A DNA stretch of 64,000 bases from a virus. Its lineage: Duplodnaviria; Caudoviricetes. The notes beneath the pieces are model-generated. The model saw only the letters and a program-made list of their open reading frames with translations, had not been told where the DNA came from and did no database searches. The stretch lies in IMG/VR virus record IMGVR_UViG_3300007171_000004, positions 64,001 to 128,000 of that record. The stretch is one strand, 5' to 3'. A program made the position numbers and the translations under genes. This document shows positions 28,801 to 37,860 of the stretch, one piece after another. Each line of letters starts with the position of its first letter. Position 1 is the stretch's first letter.

Positions 28801-29631
28801 ATTGATAAATTTATTGACACAAATATGTTTAGTTTTTCAGGAATGAGCAATCCATTAGCAAAAACTGATGATTTTGTAGATTCAATACAAACTGCAGAAA
28901 ACTTTATTAGATCGATAAATGGATGGTCATACTTATTAAGATCCAGCAGTGCAAGAAATGCCAATACAATTTTTGCTTTTCCTCATGTCGCTCACTGGAC
29001 ATTTGCAGATAAATTTAAAAATTATTGCATATCTCCAATCATTTACTTAGATAGAAATACCCTTTTGAGAAGAATTCATTTAAATACTAATGTTTTATAT
29101 GGTGATAACGCAAATTCATTTTCTCCTGAACCAATAAGATTATATGTAAGAAATTATGGTATAGAAGATGATTCTGGCAAGTGGACTTTGATAGATTCTC
29201 TAGGAAATATTAGTGGAATACAAAATACTGGTAAGCTACAAGTAAGAATTGAGTCATCATTATTTTTGCACTATTGTAAAACAAAAAAGATTTATGGTTT
29301 TAGTATAGAATATGATAATAAGGAAACTATATCTAAAGGATTTTCCTGGAATTTATCTGACAGTGATACATCCTCTGCAATTGTAGGTTTTGTACAAAAT
29401 GAATTATATAAAACCATTCCAACTTTTACTATTAAATATTACAACAAAAATAACAATAAATTATATTTAATACAAAATTCTGATAGATCATCTACGGGAG
29501 ATTTTGAATATTACTCAGCTGGATGGCAAAAAGGTTATGGTCCAAATCAAATTGGACTGAGAAGAAGATTTGTTCCTTCAACTTCTTTACAAAAAAATAT
29601 AGAATATGATGTTGAATTAGAGGTTAAATAA
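25864..29631 (+). CDS. Putative fibre/adhesin protein, paralog 3 (1255 aa): LamG + scaffold with internal PA14
   Basis: LamG cap; YYGYINITTPGSYTFYLRSDDASYFWIG (PA14 with DD motif); shared scaffold and terminal G.RRRF. Confidence 0.78.
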   Translation: MFNNKSKIKPSLGSTIDFNHPLSQGLMGCWLFNEQTGNKIYDLANKHDGTAYNGPTRNNSYDGFYSFDGTNDYIQHTPRSKNLEFQYNTPFTIHVFARVRTAVSGTGYIITNRGVDGSGIPYSGWGIARTGNTIMTLIGGYTGTTWQINTISESVFSNYIENKWASITYVNTGITGQQKTYVNGINKSAGVASNDAYIINYENSNNPLNFARSEADGPGHYLNCDISYAYIYNRALSAEEVLSLYEQPYQFINPPAALNYYSYSQHRSLAAPSIKTEEKLPVLNTFNPITYKNVSSIVKNVKDFEFNQSTQYTRYSVIDKPSNVSITNFGTAGSTSYSYRIKAIDEFSESIATDSIITTTGNSTLSTNNFNRIKWNWVDGATSYKIYGRINGSEQLLTTTIYNHFDDTGSITPNGTLITSASGGYDYKKLTLGTYYSLFTGTNKEDNYVKLKDFDIARPKYDSVYQAQDVYCYIMDVAAWSDDINYIVLDRPSTGNPRRFALYKHFKSTGRMSYVGDIGLTGSYGITNLKIAITRYSTGTVSASGTTVAGVNTAWRTANFSKNSRIGFGTTEPHLVDKWYYITDLPSDTSLTVSVTISENIPANTPYVIEEMRIVFHTTTNLYLIKGVTENDFYIGKSYAPTLTESIGANIYNLSNPSILGTIFAMPLKPMDDYNTQYVYCVYYIGTSNVIGIKKYNIRQTMTISSQTLPGFAKYEFSGYFADNINFINSNIPIYGGNFNTINLGLNLPAWTYHYYGYINITTPGSYTFYLRSDDASYFWIGANAESGFTTANAFLSEPGSHGVYEVSASITLSAGPIFLRLICGDVGGGGGIYLEYAGPGISRTFDFSLLGAYSTVSTFADSLVLTCGGTIPIANRDRSLMNGEFCTPRHGIYKDTPVIIFTSTNGITVIKDSDIYANNIELFTHSYPLVFMIPNIDPLLFQSRNYQDNIGYDSLLDRVIYPPYSYYLLKGYISTLGNIDKFIDTNMFSFSGMSNPLAKTDDFVDSIQTAENFIRSINGWSYLLRSSSARNANTIFAFPHVAHWTFADKFKNYCISPIIYLDRNTLLRRIHLNTNVLYGDNANSFSPEPIRLYVRNYGIEDDSGKWTLIDSLGNISGIQNTGKLQVRIESSLFLHYCKTKKIYGFSIEYDNKETISKGFSWNLSDSDTSSAIVGFVQNELYKTIPTFTIKYYNKNNNKLYLIQNSDRSSTGDFEYYSAGWQKGYGPNQIGLRRRFVPSTSLQKNIEYDVELEVK

Positions 29632-30056
29632 TGAGTATTTTAGGACCTACATATAGATTTGCAGTCGAAAATAGAACTGGTCAAACAATTAGTACTGCTG
29701 GTGCTGTAGTACTTAGAATTAGGCCTTGGAAAATAAGTACAGCTGGTGAAATAGTTTTTGATTCCTCTTTTTCAACAATTTTAAACCTGTCATTTGTTCC
29801 TTTAGGCGGTGCGACATCTGTAGCTAACCTTGGATATTTATATTCTAATATTATTGATAATTTGGCAAATGCATATATTGGCGCTGAAGTTGAACTAACA
29901 GTCACTGCTCCAGCTTCATCAAACGGAAATGTAATTTTGTATTTGGAAAGATCAGTAGATGGTGGAGCTACATGGACTGATGCTGGATTAGGACAAATTT
30001 TAGGCGATATTTTATTTACCGCAGCAGGAACTAAGAGACTAGTTGTTCACCTATAA
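29631..30056 (+). CDS. Small beta-rich virion-associated protein, copy B (141 aa)
   Basis: Paralog of 20015..20434; TAATG overlaps at both ends. Confidence 0.8.
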   Translation: MSILGPTYRFAVENRTGQTISTAGAVVLRIRPWKISTAGEIVFDSSFSTILNLSFVPLGGATSVANLGYLYSNIIDNLANAYIGAEVELTVTAPASSNGNVILYLERSVDGGATWTDAGLGQILGDILFTAAGTKRLVVHL

Positions 30057-33000
30057 TGTTAGATTACTCACAATATAATTATAAGCCACCTCTCGGCTCA
30101 ACATTAAATACAAATCATCCATTATCAACTCATTTAATGGCTGGATATTTATTTAATGAAAACGGCGGAAATATTGCTTATGATTTTAGTGGGAATGGCA
30201 ATCATGGAGTTTTAAAAAATGGAGCTTCATTTCTAAACAACTCATTATTTCTTGATGGCCTTAATGATTATGTAGAAGTTCCAGATGCAAATTCTTTAAG
30301 TTCTCCAAGTGCTATATCTATTTTTTTTAGAGTAAATTCATCAGACGTTCAAACAAGATGGAATGATGTTCTAGGAAAAGGCGTTAGTGACACAGATGAA
30401 GAACTAGGTTTTTGGTTTATAAATACACAATCTTACTTTGATTTAGGATATCCATATGCAGCTACAAACATTGGATATAATAATAATACATGGTATACAT
30501 TTGCCAATACATTCCAAAAAACAGCGTCCAGTGCTATTATCCAAATGGCCTACAATGGAATTATAAGATCATTATGGCAAAGTGGCAATTTCAATTATAG
30601 TATTACACCTAATGCATATCCATTAACTATTGGAAAAAGATGGTACAATTCTGATCCTAATTCAAGAACTTTTAAAGGTTATATTGATTATGTAATGATA
30701 TTTAATAAAGCTTTAACTGATTCTGAAATAAGATCTTTGCATGAAAATCCTTATCAATTAGTAGATACTCCCTCATCATATAAATATTACGCTCCTTTAA
30801 ATAATCAATTAAAAACAGCAAGTATCCCTTCTGCTGAAAAATTAGGAAATCATATATTCCCAGGTAAGATTACTATTTCATCGCCTTCAATTTCATCGTC
30901 AGAAAATTTTGGTAACAGTAAAATGAATTTGAATAATTTATTAGAACCAAAATTATCCTCAAGAATTGACTTTGACTTAAATATTAAAACAACAAACTAT
31001 CTACCTATTTTGTCTCCTAATAATATTACTAGTGAGGTATTTGGAACAACAGGGAGTACTCAATATTTATATAAAATATCTTCTTGTAATGATGATGGAG
31101 AGTCACTACCTTCGAATATAATAACTATAAATAATGGTAATTCAACTCTTTCAACAAGTAATTTTATTCGATTAACTTGGGATTTATATGATTTTGCAAC
31201 TTATTATAAAATTTACAAATTAGTAGATAATAAATATCAACTACTATATGTATCAAGAGATGCTAATCATTTTGATGATGTTGGACAAACAACATTATCT
31301 GAAGAACCAAAAAGCATCAATACAACAGGTTATCATCCTAACAAGCTTAATCTAGGAAAATATATAAAACTCTATACTGATAAAATAAATAAATCAAAAA
31401 ATTATTTATCTACAATTAGTAATCAAGCTTTTTATAGTGGATATTACTATGCTACTTCAAGTGCATTTATGATTGATGCATTTAAATACAGTAATGATAT
31501 AACCTGGCTATTTACAAATCAAAATAACAACAGCAACTATAATACTATTGGATTATACGAACATAATACAAAAACGGATGATAAGTATTTCAAAGGAAGG
31601 GTTTATCTACCAAGGCCCAACAATTATTATGATGATTTTTTCAAAGTATCCGTAGATAGACATACTACTGGAACTATATCTGCTACAGGATCTACTGTCA
31701 CAGGGACAAATACTCTTTGGGTGACTAATCGAATTGCAATAGGAGCCAGAATTGGTTTTGGCTCTAAAGATGCAAGCCTAATCAAAACATGGTATCAAAT
31801 TACAGCAATTTCGTCTGATACAAGTATAACAATAGCAGAAGTATTACAGAATAACATTCCTGCCAATACACCTTATATAATTGAAGAAATAAGGTTTATT
31901 CAAAATCTTACCCAAACAAATCTTGTTGCTGCAAATAATGGTATTTTTATAACAAAGGGTGTAAATTATAATTTCTTTGATTTGAATAACTTTAGCGTAC
32001 CTATGGCTACAACAATAGATAATCAAAGAGCTACATACATTTTATCAGATGCTATGACATCTACAATGTATAATCCAGCATTAGCATTTTTAGGGCCAAA
32101 AATTGATAATCAAACACAATATATGTACGTTATGATATCAAACACATCTAGTAATTTACGTGGCTCAATTTACAAATTTAACATTAGAGCATCATTATCT
32201 GGTTTGTCGTCAGGAAGATCAACTTCTGGCTATTTATATAAAACCTTAGAAGTTGATCATAGTCCCTTGAATGTGATGGGCAGAGATCTTAGAATAGGAT
32301 GTTTTGCTAATGTCAATCATAGCACAGGTAAAGGTGTAAATTCACTTTATTATCACTATGATAATAGATTCTTATATAGAGTTCCAGAATATTCAATTGA
32401 AAATGGAAAAAATTACATTTTTGAAAGAGCTACTGTTGTTACTACAGTTAATGACGAAACAATTGTATTAGCTTCTTATGTAGATATGTCTTATGATCCA
32501 TTTACTGACAAATTTTTGATGGGTAGATACAACAGCTATAGACAAGCTCATAGATGTGAAATATTAGAATTTAGTCCCACGAATAGGCCTTCAGATGGAT
32601 ATTTAGGATTTGGCGGTGGACATGGATTATACAGAGATACGATGGATGATACTATTCGTCCTAATTCATATTCTGCCTTGAGAAACAACATAAGACAATA
32701 TGGTGTTTCTTTTGAGGGTATATATTATAGATCTGACCAAAATGCTATTTATCCTGAAATTTATTGTGCTGATTATACTTTAGCAGACAAATTTAAATGT
32801 TTTGCTATTACTCCTATTATTTCTTGTCCTGATAACGTAGGATTTGATAAATTACAAGTTGAGTATGATGATTATTTAGGAGATTTAGAGCAAGGTATTA
32901 CTGCTGATACTTTTAAGATATATGCTAGAACTTCTGGCATGATTGATGACACAGGCACTTGGACACTATTATCTGATTCAAAAAATTTATCTTCTTTTAG

Positions 33001-34540
33001 TACTAGTGATAAAATCCAATTTAAAATTATGTTTAAGACTATTGGAGGTTCTGGAATTTACGCCAGAATTCATAGTTTAACAGTCATATACAATCGAGAT
33101 TCGAGTTTTGATTTAAAATTTGATACAAAAAACACTTTAGCTAATAATAATACAATATACCTAAATCAAAATCAAATGCTGAATAAAGCATTACCATATA
33201 CTATTGATATTTACAATAATGATACTCTTTATGCAAGTCAATCGTCTGAAAATGTTACATATGGAAAATTAGAAACATATACAAATTTATGGACTACAGC
33301 GCAAATTTCAGACAAATCAAATAGTAAAAAAATAATTAATACTAATAATGTTTTTATTTCATCACAAAAGAAAAATAGTGTAAATTCTGTTTATTTTAAT
33401 AACAGTTATATAGCTACAAATAATTCAAATGATTTCAATTTTGATTCTGATTTTCATATTGAGTTTTTCTACAAACCTTTCTCATTGTCTGATTTTGGTG
33501 GATCGTCTTTTAGAATTTTGAGTTTTGGTGGATCAGGAAGAGATGCAGGATGGGAAATTGGAAAAGAAACAATTTCGAGTATAGATAAGCTAGTATTTTA
33601 TATCGGAAATAGTAGTGCAAACACATTTATTGAAATTTGTAATATATCTGAACTTTTGAATAACTGGAACAGAATATCAGTCTATCGAAGAAGTGGAGAA
33701 ATCTGCACATTTTTAAATGGAACAAGAAAAAGTAAAGTTACAAATACTACAATTTTCAATAATATCACTAACACCTTAAATATAGGTTGTGGAAATATAT
33801 CTAATTCAAATTCTTATATGAAAGGTTATCTAGATAATCTATTTATATTAAAAGGATATGCTTTAAATTCATTACAAACTCAAGTGATACCGCCTGATGG
33901 AAATAGCATTGTGGGATTTACAAGAAAAACATTTGGAAGCTATTGGGGTGGCAATTTATCATTTTTCAAAACTAATTTACCTACAGCTACAACAGTAGTT
34001 ACTAATATGAATGATAATGCTGTACCAACATTCACTAGTTATGAATTTTTCGGTTATTTATATGCACCTTATGATCAAACAGTTACGATTTCTTTAGCTA
34101 ATGATGATGAAGGTAGATTATACGTTGGTCCTGCAGCATTAGAAGAGAATTATTCAGCAGCAAACTCTTTAATATATTTTGCATCAGCATCTAGCACACC
34201 AGTATTTGCATCCTATTATGCTACTGCGGGCTATCATCCTTTTAGAATTCTTACTGGAAATAATGGTGGTCCAGGATATTGTCTTGTAACTATTAATGGT
34301 TTTTATGATGTGAGCAATTTTATATACACATCTCAACAGATTGGAGTTACTGACTATTTCTTGTTAGATACTAAAATATATACACAATGGAATAATTTTA
34401 GAAATAATTCCTTTAGTAAATATTGTGTATTGCATTTAGATTTTAAAGATGAAACAAATTATACAGGAGTTAAAAGAAGATTCGTTTTTAATACAGGAGT
34501 TTTAGATTCTTTAGGGAAAGTAAAAATTAAGATAAGATGA
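30056..34540 (+). CDS. Putative fibre/adhesin protein, paralog 4 (1494 aa): LamG + scaffold + LamG/PA14 inserted in the terminal module
   Basis: LamG cap; shared scaffold; FHIEFFYKP...MKGYLDNL LamG-like block; YEFFGYLYAP...LANDDEGRLYVG PA14; ends GVKRRF. Confidence 0.78.
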   Translation: MLDYSQYNYKPPLGSTLNTNHPLSTHLMAGYLFNENGGNIAYDFSGNGNHGVLKNGASFLNNSLFLDGLNDYVEVPDANSLSSPSAISIFFRVNSSDVQTRWNDVLGKGVSDTDEELGFWFINTQSYFDLGYPYAATNIGYNNNTWYTFANTFQKTASSAIIQMAYNGIIRSLWQSGNFNYSITPNAYPLTIGKRWYNSDPNSRTFKGYIDYVMIFNKALTDSEIRSLHENPYQLVDTPSSYKYYAPLNNQLKTASIPSAEKLGNHIFPGKITISSPSISSSENFGNSKMNLNNLLEPKLSSRIDFDLNIKTTNYLPILSPNNITSEVFGTTGSTQYLYKISSCNDDGESLPSNIITINNGNSTLSTSNFIRLTWDLYDFATYYKIYKLVDNKYQLLYVSRDANHFDDVGQTTLSEEPKSINTTGYHPNKLNLGKYIKLYTDKINKSKNYLSTISNQAFYSGYYYATSSAFMIDAFKYSNDITWLFTNQNNNSNYNTIGLYEHNTKTDDKYFKGRVYLPRPNNYYDDFFKVSVDRHTTGTISATGSTVTGTNTLWVTNRIAIGARIGFGSKDASLIKTWYQITAISSDTSITIAEVLQNNIPANTPYIIEEIRFIQNLTQTNLVAANNGIFITKGVNYNFFDLNNFSVPMATTIDNQRATYILSDAMTSTMYNPALAFLGPKIDNQTQYMYVMISNTSSNLRGSIYKFNIRASLSGLSSGRSTSGYLYKTLEVDHSPLNVMGRDLRIGCFANVNHSTGKGVNSLYYHYDNRFLYRVPEYSIENGKNYIFERATVVTTVNDETIVLASYVDMSYDPFTDKFLMGRYNSYRQAHRCEILEFSPTNRPSDGYLGFGGGHGLYRDTMDDTIRPNSYSALRNNIRQYGVSFEGIYYRSDQNAIYPEIYCADYTLADKFKCFAITPIISCPDNVGFDKLQVEYDDYLGDLEQGITADTFKIYARTSGMIDDTGTWTLLSDSKNLSSFSTSDKIQFKIMFKTIGGSGIYARIHSLTVIYNRDSSFDLKFDTKNTLANNNTIYLNQNQMLNKALPYTIDIYNNDTLYASQSSENVTYGKLETYTNLWTTAQISDKSNSKKIINTNNVFISSQKKNSVNSVYFNNSYIATNNSNDFNFDSDFHIEFFYKPFSLSDFGGSSFRILSFGGSGRDAGWEIGKETISSIDKLVFYIGNSSANTFIEICNISELLNNWNRISVYRRSGEICTFLNGTRKSKVTNTTIFNNITNTLNIGCGNISNSNSYMKGYLDNLFILKGYALNSLQTQVIPPDGNSIVGFTRKTFGSYWGGNLSFFKTNLPTATTVVTNMNDNAVPTFTSYEFFGYLYAPYDQTVTISLANDDEGRLYVGPAALEENYSAANSLIYFASASSTPVFASYYATAGYHPFRILTGNNGGPGYCLVTINGFYDVSNFIYTSQQIGVTDYFLLDTKIYTQWNNFRNNSFSKYCVLHLDFKDETNYTGVKRRFVFNTGVLDSLGKVKIKIR

Positions 34541-37500
34541 GCACTTACCCTTCATACAGACCTCCAATTGGTTCTACAATTAACTACAACAACCCCATTA
34601 CACATGGCTTGATAGCTTGTTACCCTTTTAATGATCAAATGGGTAATATTGCTCATGATCTGGTATCACAAAGAAATTTATCTTTAATTAATGGGCCTAC
34701 GTGGACAGCAGCAAATGGTGGTGGATTATCATTTGATGGGAGCAATGACTATGCTGAAAACGGAAGAATATTTATTCCATTTAATTCGTTAACATTTTCT
34801 ATTTGGGTATTTAAGCCAGTAACATTTGAAAGTGCATATAAAAAGATAGTTGTAATTGGAGATGCTGGTGGTAATGTTTCGCTCTATCTTTCGCAAGGAC
34901 CAGGACCTCAAATTTATTTTGGAATAGGTACAACTTCAGGACAAAACGGGCCTTTTTTAAATACTGCTTTAGCTGCAAATACTTGGCATCATTTAGTAGG
35001 TACATGGAATGGATCTGTAGTTAAATTATTTATAAATGGTAAATTTGTTAATCAAATAAATTACGCTGGAACATGGCCTGGAGGATATAGAAATTATCCA
35101 TTACGTGTAGGCTGGGGATATAGTGCAGAATATTTTAACGGGACAGTAAGAGATTTATTAATATTCGATAGAGCTTTAGACGCAGGTGAAGTTCAAAGCT
35201 TATATGAAAATCCAAAATCTGTTTACGCTGAACCTATTTCTTATAGTTTACCAGTCACTAATTATAGAATGTTAGGAGCTCCATCAATTGGTACAGGAGA
35301 ATCATTTGGAAACAACTATCTAAATGGTCCGATTCGATTCTACTTAAATTCTATCCAAGCTCCAACAGTTCCGCAAAATATCAATATTAAAAAGAATAAT
35401 GTTCTTAAATTATCTAACAAAAAATCAAAAATTTTAGAGTATGATTTTAATAAAGAAACACAATTTGCTAATTACAAATCTTTAGACAATCCTATTTCAT
35501 CTGTAGAAGTATTTGGTACAACAGGATCAACAATTTATTCATATAGAGTTACAGCATATGATAGCTTTGGTGAGTCTACATCTAATCAAGTAATTATAAA
35601 TAATGGAAATAATGTTTTAAATTCTTCTAATTTTAACAGAATAACATGGAAACCAATAAGAAATGTTATTGGATATAAAATATATGGCAGAACAAAAGAT
35701 AATGAAAGATTTTTAGCAACAATAACTAATACAAATTATTATGATGATATTGGATCTGCTACACCAACAATATTATTTCCATCAGTAAATACATCTGGCT
35801 ATAATCCGAATAAATTAAACTTAGGTCCTCTAATTAAAAAATACACAGGCGATAAACACTATGATAATTTTATTGGACCTAGAAAAGTTTATCACATTCC
35901 ATTAGATTATATTGGTAACTGGACTGATTTAATAAGAGTTTTTGAATATAATGATGATTTCAATTATATATTGACTTATTATTCATCTAGTGCTGGGCAA
36001 ATTAGACTATTATATTTATTTAAATTTTTCAAAAAAATAGATGAGTTTTTATATGTAGGTAGATTAGACTTGAATTTAAGTCCAACATCTAGTATGAGTA
36101 TCTACGGAAACCCTTTGGCTGAATTATATTATCATAATAATGGAACAGTATCAGTATCAGGAACATCAGTAACTGGCGCAAATACTACATGGGTGTCTGA
36201 TAGAATAGCTGTTGGCGCAAGAATAGGCTTTGGATCTACAGAAGCAAGATTCATCACAATATGGTATGATATTACTGCTATCAATTCAAATACATCAATA
36301 ACAATAAATACATCAGCTGGAACTATTAATTCCAATACTCCTTATGTCATAGAGGAGTTAAGAGTTATGATGTCTTCTAGGCAAACGGTGTCTCCTTTTA
36401 ATCAAGCTGGATTATATATAGCTAAAGGATTACACTTCGGATTATTTAGAATTTATTTGGGTAATTCAGTTCCTATGGCTACAACAGTAGATAATCAAAG
36501 AGCTGTATATAGATTAACTCATCCTACTACTCCTCCAAATGATATGTATATTGGTACGGATGAAAAATATACAAATACCACACATTATGTATATGGTAAT
36601 AATTATATTACTACACGTACTAACAGATTTTATAAATTTAATGTCAGGGCAGCATTGACAGATCTAGTTGCTGGCACATCTACACTAGCGGCAGTAGCAA
36701 TGACTGCTAATGTAAGCAGTAATAATAATCAAACATCTCATCTAACAAGAGTACATACTCCTAAATCTGGCCCTTATGCTGGAAGAAATATTATGCTCAC
36801 ACCGGATAGTAGCTGGTTATATGTTATAGATGTAGATAAAATAAAGAATTTTGCCACTGATATTTATTTAGATAGAACAAGATATATACGTTTAGGTGGT
36901 GACAACTATGCAGCTTTAGAAACAAGAAGTAGTCCAGAATTAAACTGTTATGATAATAATTTAGACTTATACTTTGGAACTATAACTAGACAGTCATTTT
37001 TGTATAGGTTCGAAAATTTAATTAACATAAGTACTTCAGAAAGAATGAGTTCTAATAATGCTGCATCAGAACATGAGAGTATGATCTATAAATATCCATT
37101 AAATGGAGATTATAATTATATTTGGAATTTGCCCGTGTATCAAATATCTGATGAAGGTTTGCATTATATGACAGCGAATAATCAAGGTAGAAAAAACAGT
37201 GTGCTAATATGGCCTTTATACGCTGAATCAAACATAGCTGAATTAACTAAAAATAGATTAGTTTTACCTAAATTTTCTACTATAAATGCTACATTATTTA
37301 AAAAAGTATATGTGCAAAATTCCCTAAACTTATATGATGAATCATTTGGAATTAGACCGGATCCATACAAAATATATGCAAGAACTATGGGTATTGATGA
37401 TGATTCAGGGAAATGGACTTTAATAGAAAATAATGATATGTCTGCAATTCAACCAGCTGATTATATTCAATTTATGTTCGAATTTAAAGTGATGAAAAAA

Positions 37501-37860
37501 ATTATGGTGTTTGCAAGATTATATTCATTATCTATGTCATATGAAACAGATGAATATTTGCCAAAAGAACTTACTTTTAATTTACAAGATACAGATTTAA
37601 ACAACAACGTGATTGGCTTTAAACAAAAATTCTTATTTGAATCGTTAAATTATTTAGCTATAGAAATTTATGACAAACAGAATGATAATTTAATATTCAA
37701 ACAATTAAGTACAGAAACAACATTTGGTAATTTTCAATATTATAATAATGGATGGGTCAATGGCATAGGAGCTAATATTATTGGAACTAGAAGAAGATTT
37801 ATAGTAACTGCATCTATGCCTAATACTTCATATAAAATAAAAATTTACAGAGGAATATAA
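34537..37860 (+). CDS. Putative fibre/adhesin protein, paralog 5 (1107 aa): LamG + scaffold
   Basis: LSFDGSNDY and WHHLVGTWNG LamG motifs; shared scaffold; ends NGIGANIIGTRRRF. Confidence 0.78.
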   Translation: MSTYPSYRPPIGSTINYNNPITHGLIACYPFNDQMGNIAHDLVSQRNLSLINGPTWTAANGGGLSFDGSNDYAENGRIFIPFNSLTFSIWVFKPVTFESAYKKIVVIGDAGGNVSLYLSQGPGPQIYFGIGTTSGQNGPFLNTALAANTWHHLVGTWNGSVVKLFINGKFVNQINYAGTWPGGYRNYPLRVGWGYSAEYFNGTVRDLLIFDRALDAGEVQSLYENPKSVYAEPISYSLPVTNYRMLGAPSIGTGESFGNNYLNGPIRFYLNSIQAPTVPQNINIKKNNVLKLSNKKSKILEYDFNKETQFANYKSLDNPISSVEVFGTTGSTIYSYRVTAYDSFGESTSNQVIINNGNNVLNSSNFNRITWKPIRNVIGYKIYGRTKDNERFLATITNTNYYDDIGSATPTILFPSVNTSGYNPNKLNLGPLIKKYTGDKHYDNFIGPRKVYHIPLDYIGNWTDLIRVFEYNDDFNYILTYYSSSAGQIRLLYLFKFFKKIDEFLYVGRLDLNLSPTSSMSIYGNPLAELYYHNNGTVSVSGTSVTGANTTWVSDRIAVGARIGFGSTEARFITIWYDITAINSNTSITINTSAGTINSNTPYVIEELRVMMSSRQTVSPFNQAGLYIAKGLHFGLFRIYLGNSVPMATTVDNQRAVYRLTHPTTPPNDMYIGTDEKYTNTTHYVYGNNYITTRTNRFYKFNVRAALTDLVAGTSTLAAVAMTANVSSNNNQTSHLTRVHTPKSGPYAGRNIMLTPDSSWLYVIDVDKIKNFATDIYLDRTRYIRLGGDNYAALETRSSPELNCYDNNLDLYFGTITRQSFLYRFENLINISTSERMSSNNAASEHESMIYKYPLNGDYNYIWNLPVYQISDEGLHYMTANNQGRKNSVLIWPLYAESNIAELTKNRLVLPKFSTINATLFKKVYVQNSLNLYDESFGIRPDPYKIYARTMGIDDDSGKWTLIENNDMSAIQPADYIQFMFEFKVMKKIMVFARLYSLSMSYETDEYLPKELTFNLQDTDLNNNVIGFKQKFLFESLNYLAIEIYDKQNDNLIFKQLSTETTFGNFQYYNNGWVNGIGANIIGTRRRFIVTASMPNTSYKIKIYRGI

